64,000 nt of DNA from a virus (lineage: Duplodnaviria; Heunggongvirae; Uroviricota; Caudoviricetes), in the IMG/VR virus record IMGVR_UViG_3300036951_000304. One strand, written 5' to 3'. Below are positions 35,615-45,215 of the stretch, one piece after another (within the stretch, counting starts at the first letter, position 1; every line of letters begins with the position of its first letter). The position numbers and the translations under genes were made by a program. The notes below the pieces were generated by a model. That model ran no database searches, had not been told where the DNA came from, and saw only the letters and a program-made list of their open reading frames with translations.

Positions 35615-36100
35615 TTACTTGATAACTACAATGTCAACTCTTCGGTCTTTGGCGTGATTACCAGTAGCTTTCGACTCACCGAATGATTTCGTTGTAAGCC
35701 TCTTGCTGTCAATACCCTTCTTCACAAGGATATCTTTTACGGTATTCGCTCTCCGCTGACCAAGCTTCATATTGTAAGCCTCTGAACCCCGATTGTCACA
35801 ATTACCCTGAAGCTCCACGGTTTTTGCCGGGTCATCTTTCAGGTATTCGATGGCTCTACCGATTGCTTCCTGCTGGTTCTCCAATGTTGCCTTGTCAAAG
35901 GCAAAATAGAAAGGAAGAACATCAATCTTCTTCTTCACCACGGGTGGCGGCGGTGGTGGGGGTGGCGGTGGAGTAACTTTGACCACCGGCACCGGCTCGG
36001 CTTTACAGGCCGGACAGGGGCCTACAGGAACCTTTGTTACTTTGGGTGCATAACACGCCACAAGTGTCAGGCACATCACAATGATAAGGAAATTCCTCAT
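35615..36100 (-). CDS. OmpA-family peptidoglycan-binding lipoprotein with poly-Pro linker
   Basis: lipobox LVAC, PPPPPPPPPP linker, OmpA C-domain NCDNRGSEAYNMKLGQRRANTVKDILV. Confidence 0.6.
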   Translation of the reverse strand: MRNFLIIVMCLTLVACYAPKVTKVPVGPCPACKAEPVPVVKVTPPPPPPPPPPVVKKKIDVLPFYFAFDKATLENQQEAIGRAIEYLKDDPAKTVELQGNCDNRGSEAYNMKLGQRRANTVKDILVKKGIDSKRLTTKSFGESKATGNHAKDRRVDIVVIK

Positions 36101-36130
36101 ACAATTTGACCCTCCAATATTGGATTTCTC

Positions 36131-36472
36131 TCATTTCATAAATGAGAAATTTTTAATGTCGTTATATTTTTCCGGTTTCTTTATCGGAACATAGGAAAAC
36201 TCTTCCGGATACCATTTATACCATCTGGCTTCAGATACAGGGGTATTTATCCCCTCTGGAACCATCTCGATAATGAAATACGGCCACATTTCCAAGTCCT
36301 CATCAAAAATGTGTTTTACGAAATTCACTATTCCACTTGAGGCATCAGGAAATGTGGAGAACCATCCCAAGGGAACGGTCAACAACCCTTCCTCATTTTC
36401 CTTCGCGACTATTACCGTAAATATAACTGCCATATTTTCTATTCGGGGGCGGTTCAGGATTATCGGTTCCAT
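36131..36472 (-). CDS. hypothetical protein
   Basis: 113-aa ORF. Confidence 0.45.
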   Translation of the reverse strand: MEPIILNRPRIENMAVIFTVIVAKENEEGLLTVPLGWFSTFPDASSGIVNFVKHIFDEDLEMWPYFIIEMVPEGINTPVSEARWYKWYPEEFSYVPIKKPEKYNDIKNFSFMK

Positions 36473-36567
36473 ATGATTTATACCTGATTATGCGTCAGTA
36501 AAAGAAACAGAAAAGTCGCGTCCAACCTACCATTCCTCACTCAAGAACCTACCGCCACATTTTTATT

Positions 36568-36645
36568 TGGTAGCGGGTCAGGGTAACGCTCCCTGCTGTC
36601 CACCGTTATGAGCGGTAGTTGCGACCTTGCGCCCCCGCCATTGTA
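36568..36645 (-). tRNA. tRNA-Met-like (anticodon CAU) with non-canonical T-loop; possible pseudo-tRNA
   Basis: tgg, acceptor agcgggt identical to tRNA-Met at 5231, T-arm caggg-taacgct-ccctg, anticodon stem UACCG/CGGUG loop CUCAUAA. Confidence 0.4.
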
Positions 36646-37207
36646 TTCAGAACTGGAAACGTAAAGACGGCATTTTGACTTCTATCGGGTTCTATCCATA
36701 CCCTTCCACATCAGTATGGAATGTCCGGCCTTGACCGGCGCGCTCGGGAGAAGCCTCAGATGTGGCTCTATTGCTGTCTCCTCTCGCTTTCCACCAGTAA
36801 TAGGTATTGATGCGCCTCAGAAGATATCTGATATTGTCCGCTTTGATCGGGCGCTAAGTTCACCATCTGGCTGATAGCTGTATCCGTCGAGCCCTTACTC
36901 CGTTTCCAGTTGTAATTGATAATCCCCGTACCCCGGCTTCTGTTTTATGGCTACATTTGTCTTAGCCCCTACCCGACCATCATCATACCGCTCACCTACT
37001 CCGGTCTGTTTGGGTTGCTCCCTCTGTAGTCCGAGCGATTTTCATCTCCTACATTCGAGCGGTGGAGGCCGAAGTTCCTCTGTTTCCAGCGTAGCCTCAG
37101 GATTATCTTTTCTGTAATCTATTGAACATCCTATCCCATCAAACAAATTTGCTATTTCATCCAAAACATTGTCTGGTATTGAGGCCCCTCTTTTTTCTTT
37201 TCCCCGC

Positions 37208-37402
37208 TTATTCATTTCTGGCTCTTTCATAAAGCCAATAAGCTCCATATCCCACAAGGGCAAAAAATAGAAGAGCTAAAAAGACCTTCATCGAAGTCCA
37301 TATCATACTGATCAATAGAAGAACGACCAGAGCGATAAGAACCTTGGCCTTGGTGTCCAGAGCCATTATTTTCTCTTTTATCAGGTTCCAATAAGTCTCA
37401 AT
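37208..37402 (-). CDS. small membrane protein
   Basis: RBS gggggaatattcgATG; two TM helices. Confidence 0.4.
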   Translation of the reverse strand: METYWNLIKEKIMALDTKAKVLIALVVLLLISMIWTSMKVFLALLFFALVGYGAYWLYERARNE

Positions 37403-37527
37403 CATCGAATATTCCCCCATCTTGTATATTATACCATATTTATAGGAGAATGTCAATAAAAAGCCGTGGCGATGTTCTCACCACGGCTTTCAAAAGAATC
37501 ACATCACCACTTGGATTTATGGATTAA

Positions 37528-37848
37528 TTATGGACGGCCACCACAATAATGATTTTCACGCACCGGAATAATCACGACGCCCTGTGCCTGAAGCTGTCCA
37601 GAAGCGGCAAATGAACTTGAATAACTGCACCAGCTGCCTCTCTCCGTGGCATACAGACCGCCCTGAGCCTGAAGTGCACCAGCGGCAATAATGGAACCAC
37701 CAGTTGTGAAAACTGATGTGTTCTGATGCTGTCCACCCCAAATGCTCATCTGGCATTGTGACATATTCACAGATGTGAAATCACCAAATGCGAAGGCGGG
37801 AACTGTGAAACAAAGAACCATAATAACTGCTAACAAAATTTTCTTCAT
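37528..37848 (-). CDS. secreted Gly/Ala/Gln-rich small protein
   Basis: signal peptide MKKILLAVIMVLCFTVPAFA. Confidence 0.5.
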   Translation of the reverse strand: MKKILLAVIMVLCFTVPAFAFGDFTSVNMSQCQMSIWGGQHQNTSVFTTGGSIIAAGALQAQGGLYATERGSWCSYSSSFAASGQLQAQGVVIIPVRENHYCGGRP

Positions 37849-37917
37849 ACTACATTTCTCCTTATAAGGTTTTGTGGGGGCAAGTCGCTAAGCGCCCGGC
37901 CCCCGTTATTTGTCATA

Positions 37918-39084
37918 TTACTTCATCAACTCGTTGAATGTTGCCTCGTCCGTAAGAACGACACCGTGAATAAACGGATTGGCCTGACGGCCGGCATTAC
38001 CGGATGAATAACCAACACCAGCTGTACCCGTTCCGGCCCATTGACCGTTATCGGAAATACCAGCGTGTGTATATCCAAGAGCAACACCCCATCCAGAAGT
38101 CTTTGTATACTTCTGAATACCTTCACCGGAAACCAACACATACTTAGCACCCTTGATTGTAAGGGCTTCAAGACCCATATCACCAAGAACCTGCTCTGTA
38201 GTGGTGTCACCAGTTCTCGCCTTGGACACAACCGAACCGATTTTCTTCAACTTGAGATCCTTCGGAATTTCCGTAAGGAATGTAATTGTGGCGGTATCTT
38301 CAGGGAAAGAAACCTTATTACCATAAAGATTGGTAAGCTGAAGCGTCTTTACCCAACCGTCACCCTTCATATTCTCAAGATGAACCTTGTTGTAAACACA
38401 GCCGAACTGAAGGATAAACTTCACAGGCTGAGCGTTTGCGAACTGAGTATCATTCAAGAACTCTGAAGGCATACCGGGATAATACACGGTGCCCGGAATA
38501 GCGAAGTTACGGGGAATCTCGGCACCATTCTGTGTAATGGACACGTTAGCCACGGATTGATTTCCAGAAAGCTCCTGAGCCTGACCCTGTTGCTGACCTT
38601 GAGCCTGACCCTGTTGCTGTTTCTGATCCACATCAATGTTATTCACATTGGTGTTCCGATTGGAATTCCTATTATAGGAATTACCGGAATTGTTCAAGTT
38701 ACCATTGAGGTTACCATTGAGGTTACCATTCATTTCCTGTTTATTGGAATTGAGTGAATTACCCGAATTGGAAACACTTGCTTCCGGTGATAGTGTCTTA
38801 CTGAACATACCACCACCAACAGTAACATTTCCACCGGCTCCACCAGCACCACCAGTAGCAGTATTGGTATTGGTGTTTGTTGCCGTTGCTGTGGCACTAC
38901 CACCAGTAACATTACCACCAACCGTAGGCCCCATCACACCCGTATTGATTGTACCGTGATTGTTATCGGAATACACGGCGCCGGGCGAGCCCCAAGTGGT
39001 ATTATCATAAACACCACTATCAGCAAATGCCATCGTTGACAACGCCAATACAAAAATTAAACTTAATAGAACTCTTTTTACCAT
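37918..39084 (-). CDS. secreted protein with Gly/Thr/Asn-rich low-complexity region
   Basis: signal peptide, TNTNT/GNLNGNLNGNLN repeats, structured C-terminal domain. Confidence 0.55.
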   Translation of the reverse strand: MVKRVLLSLIFVLALSTMAFADSGVYDNTTWGSPGAVYSDNNHGTINTGVMGPTVGGNVTGGSATATATNTNTNTATGGAGGAGGNVTVGGGMFSKTLSPEASVSNSGNSLNSNKQEMNGNLNGNLNGNLNNSGNSYNRNSNRNTNVNNIDVDQKQQQGQAQGQQQGQAQELSGNQSVANVSITQNGAEIPRNFAIPGTVYYPGMPSEFLNDTQFANAQPVKFILQFGCVYNKVHLENMKGDGWVKTLQLTNLYGNKVSFPEDTATITFLTEIPKDLKLKKIGSVVSKARTGDTTTEQVLGDMGLEALTIKGAKYVLVSGEGIQKYTKTSGWGVALGYTHAGISDNGQWAGTGTAGVGYSSGNAGRQANPFIHGVVLTDEATFNELMK

Positions 39085-39100
39085 TTATGCCTCCTATACA

Positions 39101-39382
39101 TTATTTTGTGTTATTGATTTTGATTTGAATGTTCTGGCTTTCAGCCGGTAAATACGGCTGAACTACAGAATTGTTGATTGTTGATTGCTTCTCTTCTTCC
39201 ATCGCCCGGTTGTAGACGATTTTCTTCTTCCGGGCATCCGCTTTGATAGCCTTGTCCTGTTCCTTAGCTTTTTCCTTCACGACATACTCTTTCTCAGGGA
39301 GTGACATTTGTGCGCTCGCCGTGAAAGGAAAGAGATTGGGGAGCAGAAAAACAATAACTACCAGTAAAACAAGTTTCTTCAT
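39101..39382 (-). CDS. secreted small protein
   Basis: signal peptide MKKLVLLVVIVFLLPNLFPFTASA. Confidence 0.5.
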   Translation of the reverse strand: MKKLVLLVVIVFLLPNLFPFTASAQMSLPEKEYVVKEKAKEQDKAIKADARKKKIVYNRAMEEEKQSTINNSVVQPYLPAESQNIQIKINNTK

Positions 39383-39393
39383 TCAATACCCCC

Positions 39394-39891
39394 TTACTTT
39401 ATTATATAAGTAAACAAACCGTGAGTGGCTATCAGGTTTCCATCGTAATCAGCAACATCAATGGAAACTCTGTATGTTCCGTAATCCAATGGACAGCTAA
39501 TAGCCCACGTTTTGTCCTTATCATTTCCGGTATAAAGTTTGACTGTTTCCTTCATAAAGTCGAAATCATTATTTGTCTTGTGTTCGATTGTTTTCAATAA
39601 GATATATTTGTGACCCTTCGGATTGACTACCCTGAAGGAAATAAAAATACCTCTTGTCTTGTCCTTTGGAACTCTGTATTTTTTGAAAAGGTCAAGATAC
39701 TCCGGTTCATAACTCTCCGGTGATATTTCCACCGACCTTATGATACTCTGGAATGTCTGAATATCATAAGAAGGTTGAGATAAAACCGTTTCATAGTTTG
39801 GAGCCGGCATTCCCCGTTCATCCACGACTTTGACGGTAGCACATCCGGTGAGTACCATCAAAAACACAAGTAAAAACACAGTTTTTTTCAT
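39394..39891 (-). CDS. lipoprotein
   Basis: MKKTVFLLVFLMVLTGC lipobox. Confidence 0.55.
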   Translation of the reverse strand: MKKTVFLLVFLMVLTGCATVKVVDERGMPAPNYETVLSQPSYDIQTFQSIIRSVEISPESYEPEYLDLFKKYRVPKDKTRGIFISFRVVNPKGHKYILLKTIEHKTNNDFDFMKETVKLYTGNDKDKTWAISCPLDYGTYRVSIDVADYDGNLIATHGLFTYIIK

Positions 39892-39942
39892 ATTCAACCT
39901 TTCTATGTTATTATAACACAATACCCTATCAATGTAAATATC

Positions 39943-40245
39943 CTATTTTTTGTTCCCCAGCACCCATTTTACATGCTTTTTGTACTCTGGATGAAAGAAT
40001 GTCTCTATATGCTGTTCCTGTTTTATCCTTTCTTTTCTGGAAAGTTTCAAGAGGGATTTTCTGACTTTCTTTTCGTATTGTAATATCTCATTGAAAGCCT
40101 CTTTTCTCTTATCGAAGAGAACAGCTCCGGTAGAATACAATTGAACCATGCGCCTCAGGTGTCGAATACCGTCATCAATAGACTTGGCCTTGTAACCACC
40201 GGATATCGTTTGTGTATAAGTATTTGATTTCACTATCCTTTTCAT
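39943..40245 (-). CDS. hypothetical protein
   Basis: 100-aa ORF. Confidence 0.45.
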   Translation of the reverse strand: MKRIVKSNTYTQTISGGYKAKSIDDGIRHLRRMVQLYSTGAVLFDKRKEAFNEILQYEKKVRKSLLKLSRKERIKQEQHIETFFHPEYKKHVKWVLGNKK

Positions 40246-40375
40246 ATTTTATCCTATCCTCTTGAAATCATTGAACAATATGACCGTTTTATTTGACCTA
40301 TAAAGGGTGACCCCATCCATCGGTATAAAACCCCCTGCATCCCCGAATATCCCTTTATAAGCCAAATATGACGGT

Positions 40376-40768
40376 TTATTCATCATCCATATTCAATTGT
40401 CTGATCCGCTCGTTTAACCAGTTGCGGATTTGAGTATCGGTAATCTGGAACCCCTCTCTTTCCGCGGGGGCAATAAACTTCCACTTGAAGTCCATATAGA
40501 AACCGTCAGCCATTTTGGTTGCCGCCTTTTTGTTTGATCTCAATCCAGACCTTCTGATGAAATCCGTGAGAATAGAAAGGGCGGTATCAGCCGGGCCACT
40601 ACCACCGTAACCCCACTCCATACCAGTAGGACTGTGGCGGACAATCTGCTTCAGGGGCAAACCCAAATCAGTTCCGTCCGGTTGTCTCTCTTCCACAAGG
40701 ATATCAATACCAAAATCATCCTTGGGATCTCTCCACGCGATATATCTGAACTTTTCCATCTTACTCAT
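40376..40768 (-). CDS. hypothetical protein
   Basis: ORF; start trimmed. Confidence 0.45.
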   Translation of the reverse strand: MSKMEKFRYIAWRDPKDDFGIDILVEERQPDGTDLGLPLKQIVRHSPTGMEWGYGGSGPADTALSILTDFIRRSGLRSNKKAATKMADGFYMDFKWKFIAPAEREGFQITDTQIRNWLNERIRQLNMDDE

Positions 40769-40964
40769 TGTCCTCACCATTTTTTATAAATTCGAGATGT
40801 TCTTCCGGCTCCCCACAGGGCCACCCGATACGGAGATAATCAGAACCACCGTCAACAAAAATCTTCCCGCACTTACATTCGACAAAATCCCAACGATGTT
40901 TCGATTGTATGATATCTCCGCAATGTTTACACCTTACTTTTTTTCCGGCTTTTCTCATTTCCAC
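40761..40964 (-). CDS. zinc-ribbon small protein
   Basis: CKHCGD..(n)..CKCGK. Confidence 0.45.
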   Translation of the reverse strand: MEMRKAGKKVRCKHCGDIIQSKHRWDFVECKCGKIFVDGGSDYLRIGWPCGEPEEHLEFIKNGEDNE

Positions 40965-41193
40965 TTTTCCTTTTCTTGTTCTCGTATTCAGGCCTGTAGG
41001 GTTTTATTACAAGAAACATCTCTCCAAGTTCCAGTTCCAAATACTTGAAACCCGGCTTCGAAATGGCTGGAACATATTGTTCAAATCTTCGCCACAATTC
41101 CGGCTTGTCCAGTACCATTTCTTCAACCTGCTTTGGCTCCTCATTGAGCATTATTACCACTTTCCACTTATTATCTGCTTTACTTTCCACCAT
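40927..41193 (-). CDS. hypothetical protein
   Basis: 88-aa ORF. Confidence 0.4.
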   Translation of the reverse strand: MVESKADNKWKVVIMLNEEPKQVEEMVLDKPELWRRFEQYVPAISKPGFKYLELELGEMFLVIKPYRPEYENKKRKSGNEKSRKKSKV

Positions 41194-41455
41194 TCTGTTC
41201 TCTCCTCTCCCATAGTAAACCGATTGATACGCCCCTCAATATGGCCTTCTGTAAGATACCACGAAGCTTCAGGTGTATTTTCGGATCAAAGTTTTCTTTC
41301 AAAATTGATTGGGTATGTTGCTCAACCAACTCGAGCATTTCTTTTTCCAGTTTATCCATAATCAATTCCTCATAACGAAAAGAAGAAAGACAATAATTAT
41401 TATCGCCCAGAGAACAATGGATGGTAATAGAGCATTCATTGTGCCACGGGGGCAT
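41180..41455 (-). CDS. hypothetical protein
   Basis: 91-aa ORF. Confidence 0.4.
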   Translation of the reverse strand: MPPWHNECSITIHCSLGDNNYCLSSFRYEELIMDKLEKEMLELVEQHTQSILKENFDPKIHLKLRGILQKAILRGVSIGLLWERREQNGGK

Positions 41456-41464
41456 CCAAGTCCA

Positions 41465-41725
41465 TCATCTTTTTCCATTTTTCTTCTCCTTCAATCTTTT
41501 TTGGATTGCTTTCATTGTTTTCCAAGAAGGTGTATAAACCTCATCCATTCTCTCCAAGGCCGCTTTTGCCTCGTACTCAATTCCAAGCATAGCACCAATC
41601 AACATTGCGGAATGAACAATATATCCCTCTCTCTCCGAGAGTTTGTTATCCACACAGAGAAGATTTGTTTGTCTATCTATAGCTTCCATCAATGCACTCG
41701 TTTCTTCGGCTAATGATTTTTTCAT
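41465..41725 (-). CDS. hypothetical protein
   Basis: 86-aa ORF. Confidence 0.4.
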   Translation of the reverse strand: MKKSLAEETSALMEAIDRQTNLLCVDNKLSEREGYIVHSAMLIGAMLGIEYEAKAALERMDEVYTPSWKTMKAIQKRLKEKKNGKR

Positions 41726-41728
41726 TGA

Positions 41729-41965
41729 CTACTCCTTTACATATCTTGCTCTGATCCTATCAATCCTATCAATCAATTCCGAAAGGTCAGTATCAAGTAC
41801 ATCCTCAAATTCAAGGATGTAACTTTCAAATGCCTCCTCAACTGAAATCAGATTTCTGAAAGAATCGAACAAGTCCTCTTTGAGCTGATCCAGTTTACTA
41901 CGGTCAAGATCATCAGTCAGGATACCAATGACAAAACCGACCAATTTTACTTTGTCTTTATCCAT
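41729..41965 (-). CDS. acidic small protein
   Basis: 78-aa ORF, D/E-rich. Confidence 0.4.
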   Translation of the reverse strand: MDKDKVKLVGFVIGILTDDLDRSKLDQLKEDLFDSFRNLISVEEAFESYILEFEDVLDTDLSELIDRIDRIRARYVKE

Positions 41966-41966
41966 T

Positions 41967-42215
41967 TTACTTCACCCTGTAAGCGTAGGTGATGACATCC
42001 TTCACATAGGTGTCACCGTATTCGTAGGAACCATAAGTAAACGGAGACTTCACAGCACAGAACCAGCGAGCATAGGGGTTCTGTTTTTCCCTTTCAGGCG
42101 TCTGATACTTCTTGAGAACTCTCCACTCCCATCCCTGATTGTTCATCCAGATTTCATAGGGATCCTTGACATCTCTCGTCTTGCCACATTCGTTCTTCAT
42201 AATTTTACTCCTCAT
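41967..42215 (-). CDS. hypothetical protein
   Basis: 82-aa ORF. Confidence 0.4.
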   Translation of the reverse strand: MRSKIMKNECGKTRDVKDPYEIWMNNQGWEWRVLKKYQTPEREKQNPYARWFCAVKSPFTYGSYEYGDTYVKDVITYAYRVK

Positions 42216-42438
42216 TGTTCATCCATTTCAAATGGGTATGTTTTCTTTTCTTGATTGCTACCAATTCGTCAGAATGGAAATTCAAGAAATCCAAAATCAA
42301 CTTCTTGTCCATCCTGTACTCATTGCCCCTATGGTCATAAAGGACAATATACCTTGCATAGACAAAATCGTTTGTCAACTCCGATCTGATATGCACACTA
42401 TCTGTAAATCCGAGAAAAGGTGATAATTTGTTTGCCAT
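42205..42438 (-). CDS. hypothetical protein
   Basis: 77-aa ORF. Confidence 0.4.
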   Translation of the reverse strand: MANKLSPFLGFTDSVHIRSELTNDFVYARYIVLYDHRGNEYRMDKKLILDFLNFHSDELVAIKKRKHTHLKWMNNEE

Positions 42439-42441
42439 ATT

Positions 42442-42657
42442 CTACTCCTCTCTATGATCCTCACCTGTATCTGCAACAAGCATAAATCCATCATCCTGAG
42501 CGATTGAGATATCAGGATTTCTCATCTTGTTTCCGGCAACCATAACCCTTGCATCTTTGAGAATGTCCAGAGCCTCATTACGGGAATAGGCATAAACAAG
42601 GGCAATTCCGGTCACGGTCACATCAAAATAAAACGCCTTCAGTTTTGGCGGTTTCAT
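42442..42657 (-). CDS. hypothetical protein
   Basis: ORF; start trimmed. Confidence 0.35.
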   Translation of the reverse strand: MKPPKLKAFYFDVTVTGIALVYAYSRNEALDILKDARVMVAGNKMRNPDISIAQDDGFMLVADTGEDHREE

Positions 42658-42658
42658 A

Positions 42659-42856
42659 TTATTTCTCCTTTGCCGTTTTTGTCGTATAATAATACTGATC
42701 CGTATAGGGAACATCCTTCAAGGGGCAGATAGGTGGAACTCGTTCATATCCCTTATAGATGACCTTACCTTCAAGCAACTCACAAAAGTCACTCATAATG
42801 TCCTCTACAAAATAAGGACATTCGATGCACCGATTTATGTAAATAGCCTTTGTCAT
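42659..42856 (-). CDS. CxxCPYF-family small Cys protein
   Basis: CIECPYF; paralogs at 49094 and 58994. Confidence 0.45.
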   Translation of the reverse strand: MTKAIYINRCIECPYFVEDIMSDFCELLEGKVIYKGYERVPPICPLKDVPYTDQYYYTTKTAKEK

Positions 42857-42871
42857 ATTTTATTCCTTTCC

Positions 42872-43243
42872 TTATTTTGTTATGTTCTTCATTGGTTGTT
42901 CTGCTCTTTCCAACCCACCAGTATAACCAGTACCAATACCGCCACCCATTGCGGATTTGACTGTTATCCAGAAACAATGACATTCTACATTATATCCCTG
43001 TTTCAGATAGCCATACATATATTCCTCTGACCATTTTTCAGCCATTTTTATTCTCTCATCTTTCGGAATACGATGAGATAGTTTATACTCTGTAGAGATG
43101 GTGCCCATATTCTGACCATCCTTTGACAAGAGATAGGAACAACTGTATATGTCAAACCCATAAGATATTCCCCATTGTTGGGCATCTACGGGAAAAGTCC
43201 ACATACCCTGTAACAGTAATATGATGATGAGCAGTCTCTTCAT
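42872..43243 (-). CDS. secreted small protein
   Basis: signal peptide MKRLLIIILLLQGMWTFPVDA. Confidence 0.45.
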   Translation of the reverse strand: MKRLLIIILLLQGMWTFPVDAQQWGISYGFDIYSCSYLLSKDGQNMGTISTEYKLSHRIPKDERIKMAEKWSEEYMYGYLKQGYNVECHCFWITVKSAMGGGIGTGYTGGLERAEQPMKNITK

Positions 43244-43246
43244 ATT

Positions 43247-43786
43247 TTATTCCTTCCAGTTATTTCTCTGTTTACCCCAATAGGTTTGAGGATTGGGCTT
43301 CTTCCTACCATCCTTCAGATAAGGAATATAAACAATGTCATCATCCTCACCATAAGGTTTGCTTTCAAGAAGTATCACATCGGGAAGAAGCTCACCGATA
43401 TATTCATCTACCAGTTTCTTCGTGACATGCGCCGCATAGAAAGTATAACCTTTCTTCCACACTTCAGGATCATCGGTGATGATCACATCGAGGCAAGGCA
43501 CAAAACCCGCCCGGTTCATCGCACCGGCCCTGCTTGACCACGGGCCTTTCAAATCCATCTTGGTGCCGTCCGTAAGGACAATGGGGAATACCCGTCCACC
43601 GTACCCGTCACCCGGCTGACTGTAGGCGAAGAAGGACACATATCCATCTTTCTCCGCAAAATACAGGGGGCCTTTCTTCTCATACCTGAGATCATCGTGG
43701 TCAGGTAACTTGTCCACCAAGAGCATAAGCTCCGGCTCGTTGTCAAAGTTCTCATACCAATGAACTTTCATATCCAAAATCTTCAT
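43247..43786 (-). CDS. hypothetical protein
   Basis: 179-aa ORF. Confidence 0.5.
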   Translation of the reverse strand: MKILDMKVHWYENFDNEPELMLLVDKLPDHDDLRYEKKGPLYFAEKDGYVSFFAYSQPGDGYGGRVFPIVLTDGTKMDLKGPWSSRAGAMNRAGFVPCLDVIITDDPEVWKKGYTFYAAHVTKKLVDEYIGELLPDVILLESKPYGEDDDIVYIPYLKDGRKKPNPQTYWGKQRNNWKE

Positions 43787-43787
43787 A

Positions 43788-43958
43788 TTACTTCTCCTTT
43801 CCGATTGCTAACCGGATACCGAATGTAATCGCGAATCCGATGAAGGCCAGAAGGCCACCAACTATTACAAGAAACCCCATCACGACAAAGGTAAAGAACA
43901 ATACCTTACCAATGAAAAACAACACGGCCAATATACAGTTCCACAAAAACAAATCCAT
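43788..43958 (-). CDS. small membrane protein
   Basis: two TM helices; start trimmed. Confidence 0.35.
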   Translation of the reverse strand: MDLFLWNCILAVLFFIGKVLFFTFVVMGFLVIVGGLLAFIGFAITFGIRLAIGKEK

Positions 43959-43959
43959 A

Positions 43960-44187
43960 TTACTCTTTCCTTTCCGATTTGTAGATGAACTCACAAACTG
44001 GTTCATTATTGTCCAAAGACTTGAGAAGTCTTTCTATGATGGCCAATGTAAGATCAGGCCCGGACATTTGGCACAACCACTTTACCTGTAGTGCCGTTCT
44101 CAAATCACGATATACTTCATCTGATATGACCAGTTTTATTTCTTTCATTTTTTCCTTTTCAAATTTATCTCCGCTTGTTTCCGGCAA
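43960..44187 (-). CDS. hypothetical protein
   Basis: 75-aa ORF. Confidence 0.4.
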   Translation of the reverse strand: MPETSGDKFEKEKMKEIKLVISDEVYRDLRTALQVKWLCQMSGPDLTLAIIERLLKSLDNNEPVCEFIYKSERKE

Positions 44188-44447
44188 GCGGTATCAAATT
44201 TCTCTATTTCCTCTCTCAAAGACCACAACTCCTCACAAATAGCGACTGCTCTTTTGGCGGCTTTTACATCAATACCATTTTCTTCGCCAAATATTACAGA
44301 ATTTGCGAGTGGTTTCAGTTTACTCTTGAAGTCTAGCGGATAAGAAACTATTTGGCAGTCAGAGTATAACTTGATACCCATTGGAACATACCAGTTTCTA
44401 TTCTTTACTCTTTCCCGTAATTTTTTTATCTTGTCGTTGAAAACCAT
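44145..44447 (-). CDS. hypothetical protein
   Basis: 100-aa ORF. Confidence 0.4.
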   Translation of the reverse strand: MVFNDKIKKLRERVKNRNWYVPMGIKLYSDCQIVSYPLDFKSKLKPLANSVIFGEENGIDVKAAKRAVAICEELWSLREEIEKFDTACRKQAEINLKRKK

Positions 44448-44460
44448 ACTCCTTTCCTAT

Positions 44461-44619
44461 TTGTGTTTGTTTACCCTATACCTTCTCAAATATTCCTGAT
44501 ACGACTTGCAATGTTTACCATTATGGAAACCGTGGCAGTTATACCAGCACTCATAAGTGTCCAATGTCTTTCTTGTCTTAGGACAAGGCGGTTTTATCGG
44601 TTTGTCTATCCTCATATTA
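44461..44619 (-). CDS. small Cys-rich protein (52 aa)
   Basis: MRIDKPIKPPCPKTRKTLDTYECWYNCHGFHNGKHC. Confidence 0.3.
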
Positions 44620-44832
44620 CTCGTCCTTCAAAAAGAAGAGTGACCTGATGGTTTTCAACTCATCCGTAATGAGTTCCAAATCCTTTATGGATGAGGAAAT
44701 GTAACCATACTCACGGGCATCCTTGATGTCCTGATTTGTTTCAGAGACATTGAATGAGTTCCTGATTTTTTTCTGAACATCGCCGAGCTTCTCGATAGCC
44801 TCGACCAATCCCTTATAGGTTGTTTCCTTCAT
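44617..44832 (-). CDS. hypothetical protein
   Basis: 71-aa ORF. Confidence 0.4.
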   Translation of the reverse strand: MKETTYKGLVEAIEKLGDVQKKIRNSFNVSETNQDIKDAREYGYISSSIKDLELITDELKTIRSLFFLKDE

Positions 44833-44842
44833 ATATCAGCTC

Positions 44843-45214
44843 CTAACTCTTGTAGATGTAATAGGTGACATTATCCCATCCCATCGTGATTTCGTGCTCT
44901 TCACCATCCCAGGCGGCAAGAGACTGACCACGGCCGGCGTACCTGGCCTCATCTTTCCACTTCTCCCTATCGAAATAGGGATGAACACTTGCCGGAAGTG
45001 TGGGGAAGATCACATCGTCAATGTAATTCTCAAGAGAGAGATTTTCCATCTCGTCTGCTTCCTCATTGGTCAGAACGAGATAGTTATGACCCCCAAATTC
45101 GAATGTCCGATCATTGATATCACGGATGCGACCATCCGAAATATCTAAAAACATTGCCAACGCCCGAGCTCTCTGCTCAGGATAGAAATTTCTCTCTGGA
45201 AAATGTTTGTACAT
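44843..45214 (-). CDS. hypothetical protein
   Basis: 123-aa ORF. Confidence 0.45.
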   Translation of the reverse strand: MYKHFPERNFYPEQRARALAMFLDISDGRIRDINDRTFEFGGHNYLVLTNEEADEMENLSLENYIDDVIFPTLPASVHPYFDREKWKDEARYAGRGQSLAAWDGEEHEITMGWDNVTYYIYKS

Positions 45215-45215
45215 A

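Noticed and set aside
37926-38959. Multiple ORFs overlapping 37918..39084 in other frames/strands (37926..38231, 38041..38466, 38557..38757, 38690..38959, 38730..38921)
   Set aside because: They are artefacts of the repetitive Gly/Asn/Thr-rich coding sequence of the long secreted protein.
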